Shown: piece after piece, positions 26,341 through 39,838 of the stretch
How positions within the stretch are numbered: position 1 is the stretch's first letter
Layout: each line of letters begins with the position of its first letter
NCBI GenBank assembly: GCA_951406725.2
Contig: OX597834.1
Span: forward strand, 372,001 to 436,000
DNA from: Octopus vulgaris
Taxonomy: Eukaryota
Direction: 5' to 3'
DNA: 64,000 nt
Translations under genes and position numbers: made by a program
Notes under the pieces: model-generated
The model's input: only the letters and a program-made list of their open reading frames with translations
What the model was told of the DNA's origin: nothing
Database searches by the model: none

Positions 26341-27240
26341 GTGTTCCTTTTCATTGTCCCCTTCATCATCACCAGACAACCGGTGTCCCCATAACTTAGC
26401 AGTTTGGCAAAAGAGACCGATAGAATAAGTACTAGGCTTAAAAAGTAAGTCCTGGGGTTGGTTTGTTTGACAAAAACCCTTCAAAGTGGTGCTCCAGCAT
26501 GTCCACAGTCAAATGACTGGAACAAGTAAAGAAATAAAAGAATAGTGTACCAGAGCAAGCCACCATCTATTTCAGTGAACTTGTTGCCTTCAGAAAAGAC
26601 CAGCTTGAAGTTCCATCAGCTGGTTTTGATCCATTCAAGGGTTACAGAAAATTTGCCAAAGCACACTGCGTCCCAGTATGGTGCAATATAGTTTATCTTA
26701 ATATATGTGGGTTGCTATATTTTTGATTCGATTATTCTACATATTTGATATAAAATCAGACAAAGATGAGAAATACAATTCGGTCCATGAATACGTGTTG
26801 TTTTGTTTTTTTTCTAGATAGTTTCAAGCATAACGCTTCTGAAAGTAATAAGAAGGATATTTATATTTCAATAACAGACACTGTGCTTACGAAGCAATGG
26901 ACAGAATAGAGCAACAATACTTTGGATTCCAGCGTTTATACATATTTTTTGCTATCTCAGATATAATGAGGCAGGAGACAAAAATAAACTGATTCCATAA
27001 TAATTTTATTTGGAAAAAGAAGTTGGGGATGGAAAATAAAATCAGAAAATTTTCATTTGTGAGCAGTCATAGAATCTATGGCATTGACGTCAGAAAGTAA
27101 TATTGTATGTCGCCAATTGCAATCGCGAACTCTGCTGAGTATCTCAACACAAGAGGGGGGGGCATTTGTTATGATATTGTTTGTGTGTGTGGGATTGTGT
27201 GGGGGAATGGTGACTGGGTAGTCATGTGTGTATGTGTGTG

Positions 27241-27282
<42 letters not shown>

Positions 27283-27299
27283 TGTGTGTGTGTGAGAGA

Positions 27300-27333
<34 letters not shown>

Positions 27334-27627
27334 TAGTGTGTGTGTGATGGCTAATCACTGACAGATTTAAAATTACCTGAAATCTTTAAATCAGTGATAA
27401 GACACCAGATACATTTTGTTTGTGTTTCCATTAAAGCTGGGGAGAAGGTGATGAAGAAGAGGATAACAAAGGAATAACACCAATGGACATAATTTTCAGA
27501 TTCTTTGGTCAAGGTCAGATTTATTGTGTTGTGTTATAGTTTAATGTATTTTCACAAGGCTCAATAGCAATTACCACTTGACCTTTCATATTTGCATATC
27601 CTCTTTTCAATACGTATTAGCAGACCA

Positions 27628-27810
27628 AGGTGGCAAGCTGGCAGAATTGTCAGGACACCAGACAAAATACTTAGGGAGCATTTTGTCCATCTTTACATTC
27701 TGATTTCAAATCCCACAGAGGTTGACTTTACCTTACATCCTGTTGGGGTTGATAAAATAAGTCCCAGTTGAACACTAGCCCTCTCTCTCCCCCATACTTG
27801 CAGGCCTTAT
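27628..27810 (+). mobile_element. Nin/Deu-like SINE copy
   Basis: Homologous to 12699-12914. Confidence 0.8.
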
Positions 27811-28767
27811 ATTTTATCAGCTCTAATATGATATATTGTTGCTTGTTTGGTCACCTAAAATGTCACATTACCTTATATGGAATTAACAACCAATATACTA
27901 CATTTCTAATTAATTAACAGTATTATTGTTATTGATAGAGTATATTAACTGTAAATATGCAAAAGAGAAATTAGTTTTATTTTATTGTATTTTAATTCAA
28001 TAAATATTTTTACTTTGAAAATTGCTATTTCACTATTTTCTGATAATGAAATATGAAAAAAATAAAATTATAATTATTGTCCTTCTGTAATAACCCCTGA
28101 TATTACCGTCTAGGGTAAAAGTATCCTGTCCTGAGATAACTCATCTCAGTATAACATTGAGGTGAATAAGCAGAACCAACAGAAAGTTGAATGAAATACT
28201 GAGCTGTTCATTGTTATTTTCAAAGTAGTCGACTTAGTCTTTCATCCTGCTGGGGTCGATCTGATTGACTATACCCAAGCCCTTATGTGAGACCTTGTGC
28301 CTGTGTTGAAAATCAATTTAACAATACTCTGTTGAATAATCAGATATTTTTATGATGAAATTATTTAACATTTTGTTTTACTTAAATCTCTTGTAATGTA
28401 TTGACCAGCAAGGGGTGTCAAGAGAGAGCCCTAAAGTCACATATTGCCCTTCTCAACTCTTGGGAAAACAGATGATGATAAAAATGACTGGAACACAAGA
28501 CAAAAACAAGGAAATGGAAATTTCTCCAGATATCTTAACTTGAATCATTTTGCAACAAATATGGCTGCCATAAGCAGACAGAAACAATAACAATTATTTC
28601 TTTTAATTAATTTCAAAATCACAAAAAGCCTATCATAGTTTCATTAACTGCAAGAAAATAGAAATAAACTTCATTGAGAGAGGCAAGACAAGGCTACAAA
28701 TTTCGTTTTAGTCGGAAGAAGCAAGACATGAATCCAGTTGGTAGTATGTTCTGACCATCCAACTAAA

Positions 28768-28990
28768 CCCTTTCGATACCAGCCTACCGAAGACTTCCCC
28801 ACGTTTTATGATACAAAGTTCCTGTTCAAAGTAAAACACATTAAAATCTTCCATCAAAATTTCTTGTTAATTTATGGTCAAAACACAAGCGCTTAATAAT
28901 GACAAAGTGACTTGATCAAATTCTTCCTTTTTTCCCAAATTGATTGAAGCAAAAGCAGTGGATTTCAACAGAAATTTGATAAGAAAAGTG
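28768..28990. mobile_element. piggyBac-like MITE (decayed)
   Basis: TAAA|CCCTTTCGATACC ... GATAAGAAAAGTG|TTAA resembles decayed TTAA-CCC/GGG-TTAA termini. Confidence 0.5.
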
Positions 28991-30134
28991 TTAATGGCCA
29001 AAGATTTAGAAATTCTCTAATTTCTTAATATTTCTGGGGTGAGGAGAGGCAAATATTTTGGCTCAATGAGCAATTATGATTTAATCTGATGTTAACTCCA
29101 GACATATTTTGATCTTGTTAAACCTCATCAGCAAAGTTTTAGTTTCAATAAATCAACACGTCATTGACCAAATGTTTCCTTCTGGTCCCTACATAACTAT
29201 TATTAATTATTAGATAATTGTTCATTACTCTAGTAGCTATTATGGCATTAACTTTACTGTTTTACATTGTGCAAATTGTGTCCCTGGGTAATATTCCTCT
29301 ACCATAGTTAATAGTTTTCAGTAAAAAATGTTTCAAATGTTCAGATCTTAGGCACACTTTTGGAAATTTTCCATCTCAGACTTTTGTTGCTGTTGCTGTT
29401 GTTGTTGTTGTTGGTGGTGGTGGTAATGGAGAATCAGTCACCTCAAGCTAACCCATGCTAGCATGGAAAATGGATGTTAAACGATGATGATGATGATGAT
29501 TTGCACTGATGAGGGTCATTATACTTTCACAGCCAGTTTACAGCTCCATAGAACAGTAGAGCCTTTACACATGCCCCTTGCATGGCAGAAAATGCTTCTT
29601 ACTGTCAGCTACATGAAATACTAAATGAGACACAGATTAAGCCATTTATGGGTTGTTTCAATTTAAATATATAGATACAAATCTTACCCTAACATTGCTT
29701 GATGCAAAATAGTGTGGGCTAAAATGTGTGTATGTGTGTGTATGTATACATGTAAGGTATTCCTATATGAATGGTATGTGTGTGTATATATATATATATC
29801 TATGTATGTATATATATATATATATACTCAGAGTAACAGGTTTTGTTGAATTTTCTGCAGCTTTTAAATAAAGTATATATGTATATATATATATATATAT
29901 GGATATATAAAAATATGTATGCATTGATTGAAGTATGTGTCGTTGGTGTGTGTATGTGTGTGTGTGTATAGCACAAACATGGCTGTAATGTTAAGAATTT
30001 GTTTCCCAACTGCATGGTTTTGGGTTCAGTCCTACAGTGCGGCATCTTAGACGAATGCCTTCCACCATAGACCTGGAATGACCAATGTTTTGTGGCTGAA
30101 TTTGATAGAGGGAAATTAAAAGACCATCATATTA

Positions 30135-31053
30135 TGAGGTTGTATCAAAAAGTTCCCATATTAGTTCTGTAGCACACCAACAGGTGGCAGCATGCAATTG
30201 TGTGTGCAGTGAGATCTAGCAGTAACCTTCATGAGGCAGTGTGCTGAGTGACATTGCTGTGTTTACTTTGCAATTTGTAAAAATTGTATTTTTGTGATCA
30301 CATATGTCTGCTGTAGTCTGTGGTTTTGTTATGGACAGAAACAAAGAGCCAATGTGAAATTTTGTTTTAAACTTAGGAAGTCTGCTACAGAGACATGGAG
30401 CATTCTTTGGGAAGCACAAGGAGGCAATGGGTCATACACAATGTTTTGAGTGGCACAGGCACTTCAAAAGTGACAGAATGTCCCTGGAAGACAATGAGCA
30501 ATCTGGAAGCCCTGCCACAAACATGAACCCCGGAAATGTGGTCTTGTGCATTGAGAATTCATTCCACAGGGCCAGGCCCCCAATCGACAGTTTTCGTGTG
30601 ACAATTTGAAATGTTTGAGGGAAGATATTCGGCGAAAGCAACTGGATTTGTGAAGCGTGAAGAATTCGATTCTTCACAATGACAATGCATCCTGTCCCTG
30701 AACTCTCCTCAGTCACAAGTTTCTTGCCAAAAATAGTATTGCTTCAACATCTGCCCTGTTTTCCAGATATTTTCCAGATATTTTCCAGATTTAGCACCTG
30801 CAGCTTTCCATTTCTTCCCCGTGATGAAAATGCTGCGCAAAGATCCCTGTTTTAACACTGTTGCCAAGATCCAGTGCCAATTGCAGAAGATCTTCAACTC
30901 AAGGAAAACAACTTCCAGGCAAGATGCCAAAAGTGGCAGGAATGCTGGGACAGGTGTATTGCTGTACAAGGTAACTATTTTGAAGGAGATGAGGTTAAAA
31001 CTTTGTTAAATAAGTTATTTTTTATTAAACATAACTAGTCCAGGAACCTTTTG
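30135..31053 (+). mobile_element. mariner (DD34D) deletion derivative
   Basis: TA|TGAGGTTGTATCAAAAAGTTCC; fragments CFEWHRHFKSDRMSLEDNEQSG, LHNDNA and PDLAPAAFHFFP. Same family as 49997-50890. Confidence 0.87.
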
Positions 31054-31057
31054 TCCA

Positions 31058-31094
<37 letters not shown>

Positions 31095-33720
31095 AAATGA
31101 GGGAGGGAGAGATAGAGAAACTGATGTGGTGATGTGGTGTGTGTGTGTGTGTGTGAGTATTATTGAAAATCTCTGAGCTGCAAGTGGTGATGTTCTTGTA
31201 ATTTCTGTTGTCACCTAATCATTCACTGATTTTTCATCTTGGAAGGTGTACAGAATTAGAAATCCCTTACTTGAAAAAATAAGGATAAGTGTTAGCGATT
31301 GAAAAGGCATCTGGTTGTAAATCAATTCTTCATTGTCTAACCAATGCTAGCATAGAAAACTCACACACACACACACAAATTATATCCAACTCTAAGTAGC
31401 TCTGTCTCTGTCACTGCATCTTCTCTCTCCCTATTCTCTCTTTATCCACCCTCTTGCATCTTGTGAGTATACCCTGATACCCCAACTTCCCTTTCCCTCT
31501 TTCCTACTGGGGTAGCCATTCATCTCTATGACAAGACATTGTTCCTATCCCTCTCCCCTATTTTAGCCAACCTGGCACAAACCACTTCTTTCAATACTGC
31601 ATCGCGAGTCTGTCAAAGAGTGTCCTGCAAGTTACTTGCTGACCTCACTGGTGCTGGTGCCAGAAGAAATAAAAACAAGCCCTCAGTACATTCTGTAAAG
31701 TGGTTGGCATTAAGAAGGCATCCAGTTCTGGAAAGATTGCCAAAGCAGACATTGAAGCTCTCAACCAAGTCAGATCTTGCTGAACTCTTCAACTAAGGCC
31801 AGCACAGAAAACGGACCGATAATCAAACGCATGTGTGTGCATGCACGCAGAAACAGACACAGACACACATGCACACACACACACACACACACACACACTT
31901 ATAGTGGAATCAAATAGCCAGAGTCAGTAGAGCATCAAAACAAATGCCATAGTGGTATCTATCACAGTTCTTTATATTCTGAGTTAAGTTTTTACCATTT
32001 CAGTTCCTGCTGCTGTCCAAGGCAAATCAGCCATGAGACTACTATCACTGATGACGTTTGTGATGGTCAGGGAAGGATTGCTGTGGCCTTCTTCTACAAA
32101 GGCTAATGATGATGATGGTGATGATGATGCAACAGAGTTGGAGAGAAACCTCTACAATTACAGTCATCACATGCAGCCAGGAGTAAATTGTAGAAACTGT
32201 TCAAGTTCACATGAGAGAAGATGGAGAATTTGATCAATAATTTGGTGTTCGGTTACTTTAGTTGCTGGAGTGAATATCTGTTTGTGTGGATCGATACCAC
32301 TGCGATATATGAGAAGAATAATTTACATGGACATGTGCATTTAACAAATCATAACCACCACTCCCACTATCATTTACGTATGTGTGTGTGTGTGTATGTA
32401 TGTACATGCGTGTATGTGTGTGTATAAATTTTCTACCAAAGTGGGTGTTGTTCATAATTTCTATTTAAAGATGCGCATTGTTTTTGAATATTTCGCTAAC
32501 AACAATTCTATCCAGCTGTGTGTGGGCAGGGGATAGTGAGAGAATGGTTATCTGAGCTCAAAGATTCTATGTGCTGCTGTCATTAGACACGTGCTATTAA
32601 ATTCCTGCAGAATTCTTGCAGGAATGTCAGGGTGGGAAACTCATCAGAATGAATTCCTTTGTGTGAAGAAAACCATTGTTAACAGAGAGATCATCAAATT
32701 TGGTAAAGTGATTTCTATCATATATAACAGAAGGAATCAAGAAATATTTAATTAAAATTATAACTGTAGCAGGGTGGAAGAACCATTATGTTAATTAATT
32801 ATGGTACAAAAAGGCAGGGGAAATAATAACTTAATATCTTAATTCTGGGAGACAATTTCAGAAACTGCATTAATTAAAAATATAAAACAGATCGGGTACT
32901 GGGCCTCCTGACTGGCATGTGACCTTAGAATAGACTCTAGTACAGATACCCAAGGACCTGGTAATCTGTTGAGGATATCAAACCAGGTGACTATAGACTA
33001 GACTTTGCTACAGATACCCAGGGACTTGGTGTGGGTGCTAAACCAGGTGAATACAGACAGGGCTCTGCTGCAGGCACCCAAGGGTGTCAAACTGGTCGGC
33101 AAATAAGCCTGTCATCCAAAAACAGAGATGGCAGCCTTCCAACAAACTTTCGTTGGTTTCACAGTTTCTGTCTCTCCACTTCTATTCACAAGTATTTGGT
33201 TGATCCAGAGAAATTACTGTAGAAGACAAGGTACTGCGGAGAAGACTGGAACCACAGATTTTCCCTGCAAACTTCTGAACCACTCGGCTTTACTGATGCC
33301 CAGTTGGACAATATGGATGGATTCATAAAAGTATTTGAAAATGTTCTGAATGACCTTAGGAGATGTAGAACACCAGGATGCTGATTCATTTTAATTTGAA
33401 CCATTCATTATCTTTAATGAAGCATCTCAACATAATTATCAAATTCAAAAATTTATTTAATTTATTTTTGTAGTTACTTGTGTTGTGAAACATTTAAAAA
33501 GTTTTCTTCCAGCTTTTTTTGTTTTTAACTGAAATCTAATTTAAATGAGAATTAATGCCACAGCATGGCCACAGTCCAATGACTGAAACAAGTAAAAGAT
33601 AATAATATAGAATTTATCTTTAAATGATAGGTTTATTAAAGGAATTGAATATTTTAACAATATAAACTTGTATACATTATTTACATTTGATGGATATTTG
33701 TCCTCATCTTGTTTGTTGTT

Positions 33721-33766
33721 AACACAGCGTTTCTGCTGATATACCCTCCAGCCTTCATCAGGTGTC
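33721..33766 (-). ncRNA. Minimal type I hammerhead motif, left arm copy
   Basis: Minus strand GACAC-CTGATGA-A-GGCTG-gagggtatat-CAGCA-GAAA-CGC-T-GTGTT. Confidence 0.75.
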
Positions 33767-33832
33767 TTGAGGAAATTTCGAACATGGATTCTCATTCCTA
33801 AAGTATTTTCAATGTTATAATTGTTATTATTG

Positions 33833-33877
<45 letters not shown>

Positions 33878-33951
33878 GGGTCACTACTTGGAATTGAACT
33901 TGGAATCTTGGGGTTAGTAGCCCGTGCTCTTAACCACTACACCATATGCCC
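33878..33951 (-). mobile_element. tRNA-like SINE head (Pol III A/B boxes) upstream of the hammerhead on the same strand
   Basis: Minus strand GGGCATA-TGGTGTAGTGG-TTAAGAGCAC-GGG-CTACTAA-CCC-...-GTTCAATTCC. Confidence 0.75.
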
Positions 33952-33954
33952 ATG

Positions 33955-34000
33955 GGCACCTGATGAAGGCTGGAAGGTATATCAGCCAAAATGTTGTGTT
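33955..34000 (+). ncRNA. Minimal type I hammerhead motif, right arm copy
   Basis: GGCAC-CTGATGA-A-GGCTG-gaaggtatat-CAGCC-AAAA-TGT-T-GTGTT. Both core deviations are CpG-type transitions. Confidence 0.75.
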
Positions 34001-34426
34001 AACAACAAACAAGATGAGGACAAATATCCATCAAATGTAAACAATGTAAACAATGTACATAATTCCTCATCTCTTCAATGTAGAACTGGATTATAGACTT
34101 TTATGTCATTGTTTGTTTAGCCTCAGCTCAGCACGAGCAACCGAACAGATCCCCAACCAAACTGTTTTTTTCATTTTTTTCTTCTTAAATAATATATAAA
34201 GCCCAGGCATGGGGTACATGTCTAACACTCATGGGTGTACAATTAGGAAGTTTACTTCTCAGCCATAGGACTCCAGGTTTGATCGCATCGCACAATGATT
34301 TGGGTGTCTTCCACCACAGCACCAAGTCTGCTCTGTAAGTAAATTCTTATAGTTCAGAATTTCACATTGTGTGCAGTGTGTGTGTGTGTGCGTAGACCAG
34401 TGTACATAAGCAAGGACATAGTGATT

Positions 34427-34510
<84 letters not shown>

Positions 34511-34525
34511 GTGGTCAGTTTATTG

Positions 34526-34583
34526 GGTTACCCAGGGTTTTGCATCCATAAAGCACATAGCTTTACATACATCTCATCAGACC
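34526..34583 (-). ncRNA. Hammerhead motif, left arm of a second inverted pair
   Basis: Minus strand GGT-CTGATGA-GATGTA-TGTAAAGC-tatgt-GCTTTATG-GATGC-AAAA-CCC-T-GGG-TA-ACC. Confidence 0.65.
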
Positions 34584-34644
34584 TTAATCCCTGGTGGCCA
34601 ATAATCTCTCTTGAAAATAGAGGTTGTAAGCGAACGACCATTAA

Positions 34645-34703
34645 GGTCTGATGAGATGTGTGTAAAGCTAAGCCCTGTATGGACATGAAACCCTGGGTAG
34701 ACC
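34645..34703 (+). ncRNA. Hammerhead motif, right arm of the second inverted pair; core nucleotides intact
   Basis: GGT-CTGATGA-G-ATGT...ACAT-GAAA-CCC-T-GGG-TA-(g)ACC. Confidence 0.65.
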
Positions 34704-34810
34704 CATAGAGCAGCCGTGACTATCTTTCTTTAAGTACTCTTCTGCTCTATAACCTGGAATTGTGCTTCTCTTTTGGATTTAGGATTTACTGACGATATAT
34801 AAATGTGTGC

Positions 34811-34845
<35 letters not shown>

Positions 34846-36221
34846 TATATATTGCTTGTGCCTCATAATTGAGTGGCTCAATAAGCAGAGATTGATAAGT
34901 TGACAATATGATCACTAAACCCATTACGGTGGTGCTCCAGTATGGCTGTAGTTCAAGAGATGAAACTAGTAAGAGACTAAAAGTATAAATAATATTCTTC
35001 CATGCTTTTTAAAACTTTTTTGTTTGGAAGAGTAGAATGTGATTTGGTTGTTGCTTCTAGCTGGGAGGGCAATAGCACAGGGACTTCCTTCCGAGGAACT
35101 GGTAATTATGAAAGAATCCATGAGTTGATGGCAACATTGTGCTATCTTGTATAACATTGTTGTAATGATATCAAGCCATGTTTATTAGACAGAAGCCAGT
35201 GGTGTGATATCCTCACATCTCATTTCTATGGCCAACATTATCCCACCAATCTCCTGAGTTTATTCTCTTTCTTCCTTTATATTTTTAACACACACACACA
35301 CACACACTAAATTTCTTGGTAATTCCCAGTAATTCATCAATGTGACCCAGTTTAGTAATTCATTAACCTCTGACATCCTTCTTTTAAATGATTTAAATTT
35401 CAAAAACAAACAAAAAAAAAGAACAAAAACGATTGGAAAAATTTTGTTAAATTTAACATTTGATATTTTTCTTGTAGAAACAGTTACCAGATTTTGCTAA
35501 AAGTAAATATGATGTTGTGGCTTTTATGCCTGCTATAGCTTATTCCATAACATATTTACAAACATCTTTCCATTTTATCAAATATTCCAGAAGTAAAAAG
35601 GTCGAGTTTCCACAACCTTTACAGAATGATTTCATGACTTAATGTAGGTCACCCACCTCCTCACTGCCAGCTTGGAATCCCCCCCCCCCCACCAATACAG
35701 TTGGAAATAAGCAACGATTACAATATTGAACTGCTTCATTCCGTTACAGTAGTTCAACTAGTGTCAGTTTTGACGACTCTACTACTACGAAAGTGTAAAA
35801 AAAAAAAGAAAAGGAGAAAAAAATGAAAATATAAAAAAAACAACCGACAACAATCTGTACATTATTGTTTTTGTATGTTTTAAGTGGAATACTGCAACAT
35901 TGAGCAGTAATGCAGCTACTACTAATATCGCTACTGATATATACTAGTGAAACACTAATCAATATTTTCTGTATAGAAGACTTAGCATACTAAACAACAG
36001 CAGTGAAATGCAACCAGTTGATACTCGGTACATTTTTTTTTTTTTGATATTTTACTTTTTGTTCTTCAAAGATAGCAGAAATGGCCAAATGCAAATGTAC
36101 CATTTGTTTCCCTTGTTTTTAAATCTCATTCATTAGGCACAGATGATGATGATGATGATGATGATAGTAATAATAGTAATAATAATAATAATAATAATGA
36201 TAATAATAAATGATTTTAAAT

Positions 36222-36418
36222 TTTGGCACACGGCCTGGAAGTTCACAAGTGGGGGTAAGTTGATTACATTGACCCCAGTATACAACTGGTGCTTATTTTA
36301 TCGACCCCAAAAGGATGGAAGGCAAAGTTGGCTTCAGTGGAATTTGAACTCAGAATATAAAGACGGATAAAATGCCGCTAAGTATTTTGCTCAGTGTGCT
36401 AATGATTCTGCCAGCTCA
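36222..36418 (-). mobile_element. Nin/Deu-like SINE copy
   Basis: Reverse-complement homologue of 12699-12914. Confidence 0.8.
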
Positions 36419-36435
36419 TCATCTTAATAATAATA

Positions 36436-36697
36436 ATCATCATCATCGTTTAACGTCCGCTTTCCATGCTAGCATGGGTTGGACGGTTCAACTGGGGTCT
36501 GGCAAGCCTGAAGGCTACACCAGGCCAGTCAGATCTGGCAGTATTTCTACAGCTGGATGCCCTTCCTAACGCCAACCACTCCGAGAGTGTAGTGGGTGAT
36601 TTTATGTGCCACCGACACAGGTGCCAGACGAGGCTGGCAGACGGCCACGCTCGGATGGTGTTTTTTATGTGCCACCGACACAGGTGCCAGACGAGGC
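36436..36697 (-). mobile_element. Young RTE 3' end fragment with (GAT)n tail
   Basis: Near-identical to the reverse complement of about 58610-58857; contains a duplicated TTTATGTGCCACCGACACAGGTGCCAGACGAGGCT. Confidence 0.88.
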
Positions 36698-36739
<42 letters not shown>

Positions 36740-36741
<2 letters not shown>

Positions 36742-39180
36742 GTTTGCCTTCCATGCTGGTGTGGGTGGGATGGTTTGACAAGCGCTGGCCAGGCAGAAGC
36801 TTGCATCAGACTTTTGTGACTGTTATGGTAGGGTTTTTACAGCTGGATGCCCTTCCGAACACCAACCACTCAGCAGAGTGGACTTAGTGCCTTTTACATG
36901 GCACAAGCACAGGCAAGGTCAGTTTTGGCAAGGTTTTTTACAGCTGGATGCCATTCCAAACACCAACCACTTTACAGTGAGGACCACGTGCTTTTAAGAG
37001 GCACCTGCACTGACAGGGCCACCAAGTGACTTGCAGGACAAAAATAAAACATTCAAGAGGGTTGGGAGGGGCATTGGAGGACATGATCTTGTGTTGGATG
37101 ATGAAAAGTTATAGTGAGACAGAGAGATAGAAACAGGTGTCATGCTGAGAGAGAGAGAATGAAGGCAGAAACAGGTGCGCTACTGCAAAGGAGATACATG
37201 GTTACCCAAACTGAGGGAAGTGCAGGAGCAGGAGAGAGAGAGTGAGAAAGAAGGAGACAGCAGGATAGAGATGGTGGCAAAGTGCCAGGCATACTTACAA
37301 GGGACAGGAGGGAAAGCAATGATAGAGAGGAACAAGATTGGGGAGTGAGAGCTAGGCATAGTGTATGAAGGGGGAAATGTGAGGAAGAGAAGAGATGTAT
37401 TAGAAAATTACTATTTGCAAATCTCACAACAAGAGTTATTCAGCAACAGTACTAAATTACAGCAACATTCATCCTAAACCAGGACTGCCATGTTAAGTTG
37501 GCAAATAATCTTTACTCCAGAAGAGATGTAGTTTGGTTTGTTGTGATAGTGTGTGTGAGACGGTTTCTTGTTAAGTGTGGGTGGGACTCACAGCGCTTCT
37601 AGAACTCAGTTTCAATGTTGTGGGTGGGTCTTCTCTAGAACTTCATATTGCCAGACATCTTGGTCCATTGTCATTTCCTCCATGAGGCCCAACATCCTGA
37701 GATCAGTCCTTACCACTTCATTCCATGTCTTCCTGGGTCTCCTTCTTCTGTGGGTACCATCTACTTTCAGTTATCAGCACTTCTTTATGCAGCTGTCCTC
37801 TTGCATGCTACATTTGATTCTTCTTATGCCCAATACATTTTCTCTCAATCCATTTGCACTTTGTCGGTCATGCACACTGATGTTGCACATCCAATGGAGC
37901 AGAACTACCTTCATTTTTCTCCAGTCTACAAATATCTTCTGCATTCAAAGCCCCTGTCTCACTACCATGGAGTATAGCCGTTCACACACAAGCATCATAT
38001 AGTCTACCTTTCACTCTGAGAGAGAATCCTTTTGATGCTCTCTGGACTTCCTCCACCCAATTCTTATTCTAAAAACAATATTTTCAGAGCATCCTCCACC
38101 ACTGCTAATTTGGTCACCTAGGTAACAGAAACTACAACCTGTAGAGAGCCTCCTGGGCATTTGAGAGAATCTAAGTCCCGTGTGCTCTTAGTGCTTATTG
38201 TTCCTGCACATCTGCCACATACAAAGATGACTTTGTCTACAAATCTACCTGTGATTCTACTGCACCGCTTCTGTGTCCATAGATTACACTGGACGCAGTG
38301 AATGGAATTTCTTCCAACTCCTTTCCTACATACTGAGCAGGGCCATTTACCTGATGGAAAGAGTTTTATCTTCTTTCTTACTAACAACATCTTTGGTCTT
38401 AACTAGGTTAACTTTAAGGGCCTTTGATTCCAGGTTTTGTTTCCATGCCTGGAATTTCTTCTCCTATTCTGCTAAAGATTCTGCAATAAGAACAAGTCAT
38501 CAGCATATAGCAGTTCCCATGAGCACCCACTTTTGAATTCCTCTGTTATTGTCTGGCGGACTATAATGAAGAAGAGGGGGCTGAGAACTGAGCCCTGGTG
38601 AACCCTTACTTGTACAGTAAATTCATCACTGTATTCATGGCCAACTCTCACCTTACTGACAGCACCATTACTCTACTCCTAACTTCTTTAGAGACCACCA
38701 TATAACAGAGCATGGAACTCTGTCGAAAACTTTCTCCAGGCTGACAAAGGCTAAGTACAATAGCTTACTTTTAGCTAAGTACTTTTCCTGCAGCTGTTAC
38801 ACTAGGAAGATGGCATCTGTGGTACTCTTCCCAGGTACAAAACTAAACTGCATCTCACCTAGTTTAATTCTATTTCTAATCAATTGAGTTATAACCCTCT
38901 CAGAAACTTCCATGACTTGGTCTAGCAGTTGTTTCTATCACCTTTACTCTTGAAACAGCTATAATACTACTACACCAGTCATTGGGGATGGTGCCTTCCT
39001 GAATAACCTGATTAACTATATGGGTGACTAAGCTGTCTCCTATGCCACCAGAAATTTTAATCATCTCGGTAGTGATTCTTGATGGTCCAGGCGCTTTCCC
39101 TGTCTTCATGTCCTTAATTGCCTTGTCTACAATGCTGCTATCAACTGTGTTGGCTAGTCCCTCAATTAGTTTGATATTTG
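36740..39180 (-). mobile_element. RTE LINE with long 3' UTR, decayed
   Basis: Minus-strand MKTGKAPGPSRIT, IPNDWCSSII and WPCSVCRKGVGRNSIHC motifs. UTR segments recur at 54515-54955 and 58935-59450. Confidence 0.88.
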
Positions 39181-39311
39181 GTGGAATTTGAACTGAGAAG
39201 ACAGTATTTAAAAAATAAAAAAGGGGAATTCTTTATTTCTGAAATATGTTGAGATAAAAAAGGGTCAGATATGATGTTTTTATATGAACTTGGCAAAACA
39301 AATATCACATT

Positions 39312-39347
<36 letters not shown>

Positions 39348-39765
39348 TATCTATTTATTTATTTATTTATTATTCATTTATAACAACTGATGATCAATAA
39401 ACAATACTGATTACTAGTCTCCAATAGATCAATCACCAGTTCAGTGCATCTCTGATACTGAGAGTGACAAGGGAGTACCTGTCACTCAATGCAGAACAAA
39501 TATTAGAAGAAATTTTCTCAAAGAACATCAGTATTTTAGTTATGCTTTTCAACCAATGCTTAATTGGTAAAATATATATAAATACTTGTGTGTGTGTGTG
39601 TATGTATATAAATACACGCACACACATATATGGCATCACTTTAATGGCAAACATACTGTCACCACATAAAAAAACACTCACTCTACTCTGGAAAGTGGTT
39701 GGCATTCGGAAGAACATCCAGTCACAGAAATCAAGCCAAAACAGTCGACTGAAGTTTGATGCAGC

Positions 39766-39810
<45 letters not shown>

Positions 39811-39838
39811 TAGATAGATAGATATATACATACACACA

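Noticed and set aside
29507-29535. Lone CTGATGA matches (also about 13305, 32047, 39388 and 46651)
   Set aside because: No stem II-GAAA-stem I context; expected by chance.
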